Positions 18,075 to 35,449 of a stretch of DNA of 64,000 nucleotides are shown here, piece by piece. A program made the translations under genes and the position numbers. Source of the DNA: the human T2T-CHM13v2.0 reference genome, Homo sapiens; NCBI RefSeq assembly GCF_009914755.1, contig NC_060930.1, one strand, 5' to 3'. Position 1 is the first letter of the stretch, and each line of letters starts with the position of its first letter. The notes below the pieces were generated by a model. The model was not told the DNA's origin and did no database searches. It worked only from the letters and a program-made list of their open reading frames with translations.

Positions 18075-18278
18075 TGATATGCTAAACAAGGGGTGGATTA
18101 TTCATGCCTCCCCATTTTAGACCATGTAGGGTAACTTCCTGATGTTGTCATGGCATTTGTAAGCTGTCATGGCACTGGTGGGATTGTAGCAGTGAAGACG
18201 ACCAGAGGTCACTCTCGTTGCCATCTTGGTTTTGGTGAGTTTTAGCTGGCTTTTTTACTGGAACGCATTTTATCAGCA
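18075..18278 (-). mobile_element. MER41 LTR internal fragment (inverted copy of 20812-21004)
   Basis: Reverse complement aligns to the MER41 LTR 2.5 kb away. Confidence 0.88.
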
Positions 18279-20658
18279 CAAATAAATGTCAAATATGCTT
18301 TTACATAGGCTAGGTTTTATTTGACATGCAAGAGTAGATGAGACTGGGAAGCCAGGTAGGGTTGCATATGTGGTGGAAGTCCTTGATTGCAAGGCAAGGC
18401 CTTTATTTGCTAGTATAGTTGGCATATACTGCAAATTGAATCTAACCAAAACAGCAGTGGGTGTGATACAAGGCACACACTGAAGCAGAATAACACTTCA
18501 CTGGGTTATATTAAGCAAATAAAAAAGAGAATATCTGATTTGTGTGTATGTAAGCGCTCCTGCCCAAAGGAATGAAAACAACAATTATTTTAACACTTGG
18601 ACATAGACTGAATATAATAGAGTCATTAGGAGGGAAAGAGCTGCATCAAGGGCTAATGGTCATGGTAATTATTTTATTTATTTAAAAATAAATATTTTCA
18701 AGATACAAAATGTGCTAGTTTCTGCAATGCCAAGAGTTTACCACCCTGTATGCCAATATGCCTTGCATCCTGATCTTGTAACCCAACTATTGTAGGCTGC
18801 ATTGGAAACTTGGCATAGAAATATCATACATAATTATTGATAAAAAAAGGAGATTGTATGCAAAGTGCCTGGTCCACAGTAATTGAGCAGTAAATACTTT
18901 CTCCTATTTTCCACAGTGAAAGGTAGGCAAGAAAAATTAAAATGCTCTGAGGTGTGAAGCAAGTTATTTCTTATTTTTGTGTATGTTAAAGACTCACTCA
19001 ATTGAAGATACAAATTACATGTGAAGAGGGGAACATAAAGATATGATGATGATGAAGGCCAGTAAGAAATGAGCTACTCCTGGCTTTCACTTTAAGAGCC
19101 ACTACTAGAAACTAAATTGCATTCTAATCGATTACATATATTAACTCATTTAGTTTGTACAACAACTCTCTATTATGATTCCCATTTTATATATGAAGAA
19201 ATAGAGGCACTAAAAAGAATAAGTAATGGGCCCAAGTTCATACAGCTGGTATATGCCAGAGATTTCAACCTAGGCAGCCTGGCCCTAGAGCTACAGTTCT
19301 TAATTGCTGTGCAGTATCATTTCTCTGTAAATAAAGTCACTGTGCTGCTGGAGGAACATGTGAGAAAGAGATCAAAGAAGCTGAAGCAAATTAACAAAAT
19401 GAAATACAAAGCTAAATGAATAATAGAGAGTTGGACCATATGAAATTGCCACTTCTGTAGATCAAATTCAATAGCATGTTGGCAATTTTGTGTGATTTCG
19501 CATAGAAAAAGGAGACATGGGAGTATTTAAAAGCATGTATTGAACATGTGCAGAGTGCCAATCACTAGACACAGATGATTCAAAGCTGAATAAGATGGCT
19601 CCTGTCCACAAAAATGCCCTGGCTAAGTAGGAGAGATGAATGCATAAACAAGAATTACAATAGAATGGTATATTTTCAGTAATACAAATATGTGGATCGA
19701 TGGTTTGCAACCTTGACTGAGCATTGGAATCGTGTTATAATTTTGTAAAAATTGACCATTTTATAATTGAGATATCCCATCAGAGATAGCCTGATCAGTC
19801 TCCTGAGGTGGGTTTTTTAAAAGTGACAGGTCATAACCTCTGAAAATAAATGTGTTGGAAATGATAGCAGAAACTTCAAATGCTACAGTATACTTATAAA
19901 AAAGGAAGTTTTTGTCCATGAAATAAAAGCTGGTAGATTGCATAGCATCTTGACTTTTTTAAGGTCCCTGACCTCACTGAGAAACTGATTAAAGTTGTGG
20001 ATGTTTTTGCAGAAAGTTGCCCACATGCATAGTGAGTGGAGGTCCATAAAGCCAAGACTAAACAGTTAAGAATTCCTGCATCAGAGACTATGGTTGAAAA
20101 GAATAAATAAACTTTTAACACAGGAAGTGTAAGAATAGGACAAATGTAGATACAGCGTCTACTCCATAAACAAGGTAGGAAAGAAGATTCATGGCAACAC
20201 GTGAAATGATTCACAACAAAATATTTAGAGTGAGTTGGATAAAGTGACAGCAAAGACAGAGTGGAAAAGCTGTAGTGACAGAGTATATTTGGACTTACTA
20301 AGGGAACAGAGAGAAAGGTACAAAAAATGATATCATGGTCTTGGCTGTGAGACTCTCTGGGATTCTAAAAATGCTGAGGTCCATACATGTTCTGGTGCAA
20401 GTACCAGGAGAAAACAGAGCAGGAACAGAGCAGGTACAGAGAGGAAAAAGGAAAATAATATATAGTTAATATGTTATGCTTTAAAAAATGTCTGAGATCA
20501 ACTTTTTCAAATTTTGAATATTTAAAATCACTTTAGTTAAATTATCTATCTAATGTGAAAAAAACCTTGTAATCACAAAAGTATACTACAGTACCATAGA
20601 TTCCAACTGACATAGTTTAAAGGTTAATATCTAGCCAAGTGCTTTTGGAGAGTTATAA

Positions 20659-21195
20659 TGTCAGAGGCGTGTGACCCAGAACAACTACATCTTGAATAGG
20701 AGCTGGGTAAAATGAGGCTGAAACCCACTGGGCTGCATTCCCAGATGGTTAAGGATTCTGAGTCACAGGATGAGATAAGAGGTTGGCACAAGATACAGGT
20801 CATAAAGACCTTGCTGATGAAACGCATTCCAGTAAAAAAGCCAGCTAAAACTCACCAAAACCGGGAATGACCTCTGGTCGTCTTCACTGCTACAATCCCA
20901 CCAGTGCCATGACAGTTTACAAATGCCATGACAACATCAGGAAGTTACTCTATATGGTCTAAAAAGGGGAGGCATGAATAATCCACCCCTTGTTTAGCAT
21001 ATCAAGAAATAACCATAAAATGGGTAACCAGCAGCCCTCAGGGCTGCTCTGCTTATGGAGTAGCCATTCTTTTATTCCTTTACTTTCCTAATAAACTTGC
21101 TTTCACTTTACTCTATGGGCTCGCCCTGAATTTTTTCTTGCACGAGATCCGAGAACCCTCTCTTGGGGTCTGGATTGGGATCCCCTTCCTTAACA
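20659..21195 (+). mobile_element. MER41 (MER41A-like) ERV1 solo LTR
   Basis: TGTCAGAGGCG...TAACA termini, internal AATAAA, 4-bp TSD ataa/atag. Confidence 0.9.
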
Positions 21196-21788
21196 ATAGT
21201 GTCATTTTTATCCCAAATGTTTCCTCTTCCATTTTAAAATCTTCTTCATTACAACCATTGGCACCTCTTTTTACCTTGAAAGCAAAGCTAGTCTTTACTG
21301 TGGCTGTGCTTCTAAGGTTTTTAACAAACCCATGTTGAGTACATCTTTCAACTTTCATTTTTATTCTTTTGTCTCCTTTCTTTTGCTTCTCCAATCACTG
21401 GTATGGAGAATTACTTCATTCCAGGGCTCTCTAAAGATATAATGAGCCTTTCTCTCCTTTCTGACTTCCCTCTGCAACATTCCTTTCTTTACTTTCTCCT
21501 GACACTATAGGAACAGCCTTTCTATTGACCTTATTAATTATAAAAGGACAAGATTAGCATCATGAGTATAGTTCTCAAATATAGCAGCGTATAAAATACG
21601 AATGACATTTTTCTGTGTGCTTACAATGTAAAGCAATTATAATAGGGATGTTATGGTTGGCTTTATAAGTAAATATTCTGATTTATACTACCTGTATCTA
21701 CAGCTACATAATTGATATGCAAATTTGACTTTGTTTTGCATAAGTTTATCTGGCCATTATATCTATTTATAAATGTAGTTTGTGATTA

Positions 21789-21959
<171 letters not shown>

Positions 21960-24900
21960 TCAATTTTATGTTTTTAAGTATTCTAGTCTCAAACGACAAA
22001 ACCAAGACAAATAAAAAGAGTTAGTTCAATAATCATAAAAGGAGGAAAAAAAATCCTAAACCAGATAGATTTAGATATATTTTTACTTTGGACTAGGATA
22101 CACATCACAGTAGAATGTAGCTGGCAATTATTTAATTTGAGAAATACAGGAAACCTACTGTGAAAATGCAGAAAAACAACAGACAAAATTGATTGTTGAC
22201 TCAATATGATATATAGTTCAAATGTAAACAAATGCTTGTTAGCATTCCACATCACTGAAGGAAAAAAAGTAAGTTATTATTTCCAATGTTGGGAGTTAGG
22301 TTGCTATAAGCTTATGAACACACACTTTCAGTGAATTTATGTAGAATCGGAAGCACTTCATTCTCCCCTCACCACACATCACCCCCTTGCTCCTCCTCGA
22401 CACGTGCAAAATGATAGGGCATGGTAGGGGTTGTAGTGAAATGGAGAAGGCATGCCCCATCTCAAGAAACAGGTGGACCAGCCACAGCTTCAGCTCATTG
22501 TGTGATACAGGAATGTGGGCTTTTACAAGAGAAGCTGGGAATCTGGATTCTTATGTAAAATCTCCCACATTTTACTGGCTGATCCTAATTAAAATTCAAA
22601 CTAACACTTTGGAAGTCAAAGAATACACAGCTAGTGCCAAACTGTTTCAAGGACAAGCGTAATATGATCTCTGGTGCTCAGTTCCATTTCTCACACCAAT
22701 ATAAGAAGAAGGGTCTCTGTATGTAAACAATAATTATCCGTATGTATGACTGTCTACCATATACTACACATTGAGGGGGAGACTCAAAGTTTGATTAGAT
22801 ACTGCATCTACCATCAGGAAGCTGAAACTTAGCAGGGGAGGAGACAGAGAAGCAAACAATTACAGTGCAAATTGATAAATGCTATGCTTTAGGTTCTGTG
22901 AAGCAGGGGTTTTGATTTAGTGTGGCATCACCACCATAAAAATAGTGCTTGCCACATGGCAGGTGGTGAAAAAAATACTTGCTGAACTAATGATATATGA
23001 ATACCAAATCGAGGTTCTGAGGTCAAAGAGAAGGACAGGGGTATAGACTGACAGTAAAAATAGGGAAGCCTTTTCCAAACAGGAGTCTTCATAAATTCGC
23101 AAAGAAATGAAAATTAAATTCTTCACATGTTAATTTCTAACCCATATCCACTGTTAAGTAAAGGCATACGTTCAAGCACAGAAGGCAGGGGAATACTTTG
23201 GTGCAACTGCTTTCATTCAGTATGAAACTGAAACTACACAGACAAATGAATAGCCCACGTGGTTATTCATTTCTAGTTCTTTACAGGAAGAAGTTCTTTC
23301 TGTTGCTTGTATAATCTTCTTAGAAAGGAAAGCTTGGGGACTGACTCACCATAACCAAAAAGTAATTTAGGAAGTAATCAACAAAACAGTCCCAAGAATA
23401 CCAAGAATAAAGTGAGCTAAACTAAGAAACCTGGAACATTCTAGGTAGGGGCTGCCTACAAGAAGCGTTGAATTTGTTTCACTAAATACTTATTGAATGC
23501 TTGTATTTGAATTCACTCAATTATGTGTTTATTTAGTGACTACCAATGCACTTCATAACATACCTGTGACACAATAATAATGAAACCAATGTGATCTTTG
23601 CTCTTTTGGGGGTTCTCAGCTTACTTGGCATGATCTGTTCAGTCTGGAATTCAACACAGTGTTATGAAAGCAATGATAATACAAGAACAATATTAACTGT
23701 CATTGAGCCCTAATTCATGTCAACCCCTTCACATACATTATCTCAGCTAATTTTTAAACACTCCTTTTAGCCTCACTTTGCAGGTGCTGAAACTAAAGTT
23801 TACAGGGGTAACAGAAGTAGATGAATAAATTATCAAAAGCATCAGTTATCTCTGTGCTCCTCAGAACAGCATCATCAGTGTCACCCAGAAAGCTGTTGGA
23901 AAAGCAAATTCTTGAGATTCATCCCAGAACCACTGATTCAGAAACTCTGAGGATGAGGCCCAGTGATCTATGATTTAATAAGCTAAAGTTTGCAAATGTC
24001 TAAAGTTACTAGTTGGTAACAATAACTTCAGACCTTGACCCAAGTCTTTCTCATATCTAACTGTTAGCTATTAGATCACTAAGGAGAAAGACTTTATCTA
24101 ATCTAGGGCTAGAGATGGTGTGGGGAGCTAGGGATAATTTCCAAAATGAGTAGCATCTTATCTAGAATCTGGTGCATGAGTAGTTAGCCAATGGAAGATG
24201 AAGAGGAGGAAAAGGGAAAAAAAAAGGCATTCCACATAGAAAAACCATTTCTGGGACAGAAATTCCATATGGGTGTTACAGAGTGAGAGGAGAGGAGTGA
24301 CATGAGATTTGCTGGTGGCATAAGTCAGATCTTGAAGGACATTGAATAAAGATTGAATTTTATCTTATTCAGGTCAAATTATTGTCCTAGGGTCAACTTG
24401 GAGCACTAAATGCTCCTATTGAGCAAGAAATGTCATAATTAGACTGTCATAGAGATATACAAAGACACAAGGGTGGCAGTACAAATCGCTGTGAGATAAA
24501 GATGTTACATGCAGGGGTTTCAAGGGAAAGTATGTTCTAGTTCTGGAAATGTTTTTTGGTCTTTGTGTTTCATTCATTTCATAGGTATTTAGTTTCTGGT
24601 CTATATGTGGTACTGTATATATGCCAAACACATGTGACTAAGAAATATTGTACTCTTTCCCCAAAGAGCTAACTGTTTATAATGATAAAAAGGATGCAAT
24701 TAGCAAAAACAGTGGGCAGAACTAACTCAGGGCAATAAATGAACAAAAAGGGACTGAGAGGGCAAAGGAAGAAGCTCTAATTCCAGATCTGGGGAATCAG
24801 AGAAAATCATTCAAGAGAACTGACTTTTGAAGGATATGCAAAATTTCAACAGAAATAAAACTGAACAAACTGTTGTAGGAGTAAAGATATAGAGGAATGA

Positions 24901-26689
24901 GTTTGCCTTTCAGATGCACTAACTCCTGAAAAGAAGTGATGGAGGTAGGGCCACTGTAGAGATGGGGTAAAAGAAGATGCAGAAAAGATTGAGGTCAGCT
25001 TGTGCAGCTGAGAAATTTAGACTTTATCCTGTGGGCAATGTTAAAATGAGACCTCTAAATTAATATAAGAGCAATGCTGAAATTAGGGCATTCTTTCCTA
25101 AGAGGCATTTTCTATTTTGCTTTTATTTAAATATCACTCAGGTGGAGTGTTAAGCTCAAATAAAGCTCTGAAGTAAAGCCTTCCCCTTGAATAAAGATAC
25201 ATTAGCTTTCAGGTGCCTTTAGGGCTGCTACTATGTGTAAGTATCACATTTGCATTTTCAATAAATATTTCATATTTTCATATTCCAGTAAGTTTATGTT
25301 AACTTTCTGAATCCTATGAAACAAAGATGAGACATTTCTATGGATACAGAAAGTTAGAGAAATAATGTGAGTCCAAGTAGTCCCTTTCCTGTGAGGATGA
25401 AACTGTGTAACCTCCCCCCTTGTCATCCTCCCCCACCATCATCCACTAAATCTTGTAACCTCTGCTAGGGGAGCAGTTGGGGAGGCCACAATGAAATCTC
25501 AGATTTTCATATTTGCTGGCAAAGCAGGCACTTCTCTAGATGGTTCTCTAGATAAATACGTTGAAAACATTTATTGTCCACTTCTTAATTCTTTACATTC
25601 CCAGCCTCAGCTTGTCCAAAAGAGGCTGCTGTTTTTTTTGATCATGAGAAGGCCAGGAATTAGAGAGTTTTGCCAGTAATTATTTTTTCACAGCAATGAT
25701 ATAAAATGGGTTGTTTGTTTTCTAAAAATGTTTTGAGATTATCTTCCTTTTCTCAATTAAAATTTACTCCACTTAGTATGTAGCATCTTTATGTTTTCAG
25801 CAATTAAACCACAGAGAAGAATGTGCCTAACATGCTACCAAAAGACATATTATGCATATAGAAGTCTCCTATGCTGTTGATAAAATTAAAGAGAGATTCA
25901 TTTGTGTGGTAATTAAATCAAGAAGGAAACTATAGAGACATTAATATTTAGATCTTTTGAGCCCTAAATATGTGTCATGCACTTTTCTAAGCACTTTATA
26001 TGTATCTACTCATTCAGACTGACAACAGACTTATTGACACCATTGTCTGAAGCACACAATGGATTTATCGCTCAGCTAGCTAGTGTTAGAACCAGGATGC
26101 AAATTAGCCAGTTTCAGAGTTCCCACTCTGAACAACTACATTATACTGTTACTTCGACAGAAAAAGGTGCAATTTAGATAGCAGGCTTATATTATTTCTG
26201 AGCATATCCTTTATGGTAACAGAGCGTGACAGCAAGGTTTGGGGTACTAGGTTACATATATGACACATGTGCAGAAGTTTTAATATTTTCAACACAGGGA
26301 TCAGCAGAAGTGACATACACCACTTACTGGTTCTTAAATCAATCTGTAAATACTGTGACTATAGGGTAACACTGGGAGGGAGGCCCAGGGATTGCCTGCT
26401 GGAAGGAAACTGAAAAAGGTAGAAGCTCTGTCTCCAACTTGTCTTGGAAGGGGACAGAATGGGCTCTTGTTCCTAGAAGTCTTCCTCTTTTCCTTCTATT
26501 ACATCCTTGACACTTACCCAGACAGACTGGCAGAGGCAGAACAGGTGAAGTGCCCAGAGAGCTTACTTAGGACCACATTCACTCTCTTCCCTAAAAGGGT
26601 GAGGCAGGATCCCAAGCTTCATACTAAGGCATGATCTTAAGGTCCAGAGGGGAATGTGGGTGAAGAAGAGGCACATGCCAGGGTGATCA

Positions 26690-27450
26690 AGCTGTATCAT
26701 CCTGTGCAAAATCTTTCAGTGGCTTCCCATCTCACTGAGTTAGAGTCATGCTTTACTAAGGTATACCAGACCCTGACTACACACTGGATTTATTCTGGTA
26801 ATGTTTTATAAAGACTTGACCAGATTTCAACCCAGACCAATTAAAACAGATTTTGGGATTGGGCCCAGACATTTTTTCAAAGCTCCCAGAGTGACTAGAA
26901 TGTGTAGCTGGTTCTGTCAACTACCAGCCCACTCTATGTGGTCACCCCACCCCCCAATCCCACATCCCAAACAAGCCCTTCAACCTCATCTCCCACCACA
27001 CTCCTCACTGCTTTCTTTGCTCTAGTGTCACAGGCATCCTTGCAGTTCCTCAAACATACCAAGTATGCCCTTGTTTGGGGCCTTTGGATTATGGCTTCCT
27101 CTGCCTGCAACATTCTTCCATCATATACTCTCATGACCCACTTCCATAGTCTCTTCAGGGTTCCTAATAAGAGAGACCTTCCCAGGCCATTTCATATCAA
27201 AAAGCAAATCCTTCGGCCATTCTCTTCCTTTGCATATTCCTTGTCTTCCTAATTCTGCTTTTTAATTTTTCCCCATAGCTCCTCTAATCTCACCAACTGA
27301 CTTGTATATTTGTTTGTTTCAATGTCTGTTTTCTCATTCTGCAATGTGAGCTCCACAAGAGCAGGCTCCTAGAATTGGTCTCTGTTATAGCTCCTGCTCT
27401 TAGAAATATACCTGACACAAAGTAGTTGTTTAGTCTATGTCAGTTCAATG
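26690..27450 (-). mobile_element. L2 3' fragment
   Basis: tcagtggcttcccatctcact, gcaatgtgagctccacaagagcagg and cctgacacaaagtag motifs. Confidence 0.65.
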
Positions 27451-27700
27451 AGGAAACAGCCACTGTAGCTTTATTTCTTACCTAGATTTGTTTTGGAAGC
27501 GTTACTAAAAGTCAATAAATGATAACAGGTAAACAAAAGCCCATTTGAAAAGGTCTACTTTAAAAGTAGACCTTTAAAAAGCTGGAATATAAAATGGAAA
27601 GAAGCTGGAAAAATAAAAATGTCTTAGGCTTTTCAACAAAAAGACTAAAGAGTCAAAATTGTATGAGCTGAAAAGTATTTAAAACAGGACATATCACATA

Positions 27701-27882
27701 TAGCTGGCCCTCTGTATCTACAGGTTTCACATCTGTGGATTCAACCAACCACAGATTGAATTTTTTTTAAGTACAACAATAAAAAATAATGCAAACTTAA
27801 AAATGATACAGTAAAAACCACTATTCACATAACATTTACATTGTATTATGTATCATAAGTAATCTAGAGTTGATATAAAGCA
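27701..27882 (+). mobile_element. MER2 (TcMar-Tigger MITE) left part; resumes briefly at 30578-30598
   Basis: ggccctctgtatc...gtggattcaaccaacc...aagtaatctagag motifs. Confidence 0.75.
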
Positions 27883-30577
<2,695 letters not shown>

Positions 30578-30597
30578 TAAATGGGAATATGTGAGTA

Positions 30598-30829
30598 GAC
30601 CAGCCTGGGCAATATGGTGAGACTTTATCTCTACAAAAATTTTTTAAAAGTTAGCCAGGCATGGTGGCATGCAGCTAGTCCTAGCTACTTAGGAAGCTGA
30701 GCCAGGAGGATAGCTTGAGCCCAGGAGTTCGAGGCTGCAGTAAACTATAAACCCACCACTATACTCCAACCTAGGTGACCCTAGACTCCAGCAAGACCCT
30801 GTCTCAAAAAAAAAAAAAAAAAAAAAAAA
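30598..30829 (+). mobile_element. AluJ-like, 5' truncated
   Basis: gaggatagcttgagcccaggagttcgaggctgcag motif; poly-A tail. Confidence 0.88.
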
Positions 30830-31222
30830 GATGGACTCTACTTCCGTACCTCTTCTAACTGAACTGGCCTTGTGACTTGCTTTGACCTGTAAAATCTGTT
30901 GGCAGAAATGGCGTGCTGGTTCTGAGTCTACCCTTGAGAGATTGTACAATTCTGCTCACTCTCTCTTGGAAATCTGCTACCCTGTGTTTTAAGTCTGGGC
31001 TGGCCTGCTCCATGAAAAGTCATGTGGCCCAGATGCTCCTATTGCCCTAGTGAACAGCCAGTTAATCCTCAATGCAGAGCCTTCTAGCTGTTATCTGACC
31101 ATAAATACATGCATGGACCTACCTGAGACCAGAATGGACCACAGAATTATGAGCCACATAAATGTTGTTTTAAGCCACAAAGTTTTGGGATGGTTTGCTA
31201 CACAGCAAAAATCCACTGACAC
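30830..31222 (+). mobile_element. MLT1-family LTR fragment
   Basis: ggccttgtgacttgctttgacc and ttgttttaagccac...gtttgctacacagca motifs. Confidence 0.7.
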
Positions 31223-31349
31223 ATCTACCAAACATTCTTCACCCCGGGATTAAAAAATACACTAGGCTAATAAATTTAGTTCAGATTTATAAACAATATC
31301 CTGTATTCAAATTCCATAAAAGCGAAAAAAAAAGAATGTAAAAGGCTAA

Positions 31350-31748
<399 letters not shown>

Positions 31749-33157
31749 CCCAGAAAAATTTTTTAATGAAACTGAGCTTAAATAAATTATTTTTAAAGTT
31801 CACTTTTCCAGTTCTAAATTGCAGATGCTGCCCTTACTAATAGCAGGTGTTCAATTAGCACCAAAGGTATATAGGAGTTAAAAGCTAATAAATTTCATCC
31901 TAACATTTAAGCTTATTATATATGAAGTGTTTCTTCTATTTGAACTTAGCTTTTATTCTTCATTTTTAGGAAGAAGTGATATATACATCTTCACAATGCC
32001 TTTATCTATGCCTCTGATTTATATTTGTTCATCCCACCCTTAGTTTTAGCAAACTTTGTTTATCATTCTGTTTCTATAGTTTTCCTAGGCAAGAGAAGAA
32101 CAATAACTTTAAATATTCCAAAATTTCCTACTTATGTAAATTTACAGAGTTGAAGCACAAATACAAAGTGAACTATACCCAGAAAATTATCAATTTTAAT
32201 TTAAGGATTCGATTTTCCAAACTTACAGTGATAGTTTAAAAAGCCAGACTTTAGAAAAGAATAGAGAAGGGAAGAAAAGAAGCATTATTAATTCATTGAT
32301 TCTAATAAATAATGTTGGAAGATATGGGAAGGAAAGTTGATTGGCAATTTAAATCTGGAAATTGTTTCCAGAAGGTAATAATAAATTTTAAAAGTCCTGG
32401 ATTTTTCACTTTGACTCCCTTCTAAAGATGGTCATAGAGGCACATGTCAGAGGTGAGGAGGTATATCTGGCATACAGATGTTTATGTCATGAAGGCAGAG
32501 ACCTGAATTTGCCAATAAATCAGCCAGCCCTCTTCTGCTAGACAGCTAAACCCTTTCTCCATCCCATAAGGCCAGGTACCGTTCCTATCTTTTGAGTTAT
32601 GAGGCTGCCAAACTTATTTCATCCTATCTCCAGTGAATGCCTAAATAAAAGCAAATTTTAAAAGCTGAGAAAACTATTTTTCTGCTCTAAAAACTGATAC
32701 AATGCCAAACTAAAATAGCTGTGATCATGGTATTATTTTGTTTTATTTTTTTAAATTAAAGAATCCAATAAATTTTCCTTTTCCTAGTTCCTCTATTCTT
32801 TTCCCATGTGATAAAGTAGATACCTACAGCAGAGCTCAGATTGACGACAGAGTTATGTGAATTCTTTATCGTTAAGGAATATTAATGAGTCAATTTGTAG
32901 AGCATACCCTTGAACCAGGCTACCAATAAAAGAGGAAACTTTTAAGTCTTTTTTGGTGTGGGAATCAGAATTATCTTCACAGGGCCAAATAGGTTTGCAT
33001 GGCCCTTCAGTTGTACAGTGTCTTTTTAAGCCATTCTTTGGTGCCAGGAATTACTTTAGAACATATCTGCCCTTTTCCTAGTGTATTATTTGGTAATAAA
33101 GCTTAAATGTCTTTAAATTGGAACCCATGCTTTGTAACTATTAGTGGCATTAAACTT

Positions 33158-33195
33158 AAAATGGCAAAACTGCAATTACTTTTGCACCAATTTAA
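33158..33195. mobile_element. MADE1 (Hsmar1 MITE) half element
   Basis: aatggcaaaactgcaattacttttgcaccaa matches the mariner TIR. Confidence 0.6.
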
Positions 33196-33851
33196 GTGTA
33201 CAGTGAAATTTAGGTACATCAGAAACTTAGAAAGTAAGATGCTGAACTTAACTCTAGAAAATATAAGAGAGCTTAAAAACCATAGGATATCAGAAAGAAG
33301 AAAAAAAAATAGAGGCTTCTCTTGTTAATGGGATGTGGTTACAACAGAACTGGAGGAAATAGCACTGACAAAAAACTGTAACAGTTGAGGCCTACAAGAT
33401 CCTTGTGAAAACATCCCCTTTAAAAGTCAGGTTAGAACTCCATATGGGCTGCCTTGCATTATGTAGTTCATATCATATGATCAAAATATTTCCTGGATCC
33501 TTAGGAAGAATTGGCCTCTGTATTTTCTAAGCTTCTCTGGGATTCATCAAGGGACTCAAGGCTACCAGTGAAGTAGTTTATGATACAATTAACTCTTTCA
33601 TCATTGTAGAACCTTCTTTTGGAGCAGGGTATGGGTTATTAGAGGGTCTGTCAAACTGCCAATAATAAACTGATCACAAAGCAAGACCACCTTGCTTTAA
33701 AAAATCAAAGCCAACATGGTAAGTGCTTCTTTAATATATCATGTATTATACTTGGTTGGCACCATGCAAAAGCCTCAGAGAACTCCACCCAAGCAAATGG
33801 ATTTAAGACTGGGATATTTCTCAGCTTAGAGTTTTAAAAAATCTGAGAACC

Positions 33852-34139
33852 TGGTGGCTCACACCTGTAATCCCAGCACTTTGGGAGGCCGAGTCGGGCA
33901 GACCACGAGGTCAGGAGATCAAGACCATCCTGGCTAACATGGTGAGACCCCGTCTCTACTAAAAATACAAAAAAGTAGCCGGGCATGGTGGTGGACACCT
34001 ATAGTCCCAGCTACTAGGAAGGCGGAGGCAGGAGAATGTCATGAACCTAGGAGGCGGAGCTTGCAGTGAGCCAAGATCAAGCCCCTGCACTCCAGCCTGG
34101 GCGACAGAGCATGACTCCATCTCAAAAAAAAAAAAAAAA
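33852..34139 (+). mobile_element. AluY
   Basis: gaggcggagcttgcagtgag diagnostic; poly-A tail. Confidence 0.92.
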
Positions 34140-34875
34140 TTATTTTATATCTTAGATCCACAGTAAAGATATGTTTATTAAACTATGGATGACAACAACA
34201 AATGCAGAGATGTATTCTAATTTACTCTTGTTAATGGATTGGGTTCTAACCATCATTGCATTGAGTAATTAAAAGACACTTAGAAAATTATGTCTGGGTG
34301 GTGACCAGAGTTCCTTAAGGCCTTTGTTTATAATTCAGGCAAAGAAAAAAAACTGTGGCCAACATTTATAAGGTGAAAGGATGAGCTGTCCAGTCTATTC
34401 TACACTGCATCTCAACCAGCTTCGAACTCATTAATGCAGTGAAATTAGCAACATTGTTCTATCAGGATTAGAATCTTGTAAGAAATATGCTTGAATGTGC
34501 CATTACAAGATGGCAGGACACTAAGGGGTGGGCATTACATGAGTGTTTTAAAATTATTCTTTACACAATTACATATTTAAGATATTTCATAATACAAATT
34601 TAAAGGTCAGAGTATTCATTAATTTCCAAAATGCACTGAAAGGATATAGAAGCACTTTTCTGAGGGTAATTCCTGGACTGGGTTAAATGTGATAGCCCAC
34701 AATTACACTTTAAAATTTTTGGAATTAGTTACCAAATTTAAAAATGTAAACCATTTACATTTGAAAAATCCAAATTTCCAGTTTCACTTGAAACACTTGA
34801 AGAACGGGTAAAGTTGGGTCTAGATTATGGCATGGCAACGCTGGGTTAAATTGAATATTAAGACATACACTCTCG

Positions 34876-35014
34876 GCTGGGCATGGTGGCTCACGCCTGT
34901 AATCCTACCATTTTGGGAGGCTGAGGCGGGTGGACTGCCTGAGCTCAGGAGTTTGAGACCAGCCTGGACAACATGGTGAAACCCCATCTCTACTAAAATA
35001 CAAAAAACTAGCTG
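34876..35014 (+). mobile_element. Alu left monomer only
   Basis: ggctgggcatggtggctcacgcc through the A-rich linker, then breaks off. Confidence 0.88.
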
Positions 35015-35449
35015 GGGGAAATAAATGCATGTACACAAGAGCATGAGATACCACTGCCACAGGAATAAAATATTCCACATATTAATGAAGTTAAGGAAAG
35101 TAATCAAAGATGAACCAGACTTATTTCCTAAAGTAATATTTTTTAAAGAAAATTTACCCTGTTCATATTGTTACTCAAATTGACAGAATTCTGAGTTAAT
35201 ATAGTATAAAGCTATCATTTACTTCTGATTAAAATATATCTGAAGGCCAAGACAAAAACGTAAACACAGTAATATCAAAAACTAACATGGTAGTCAAGCA
35301 TTAACCAGAATCTGAGAAAATTTTTTTTTAAAAATAACATCAGTGAAATTCAAACAAGAAATATAAGCTATCGAATGTATGGCCTTCAATGTGTGAAACA
35401 GAAGGATTTGACATGCAGACCAATGAAAACTAGAAATCCTGTTTCTTAA

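Noticed and set aside
20659-21195. MER41 as an interferon-inducible STAT1 enhancer
   Set aside because: The tandem GAS motifs characteristic of MER41B are not evident; this copy looks like the shorter MER41A type.
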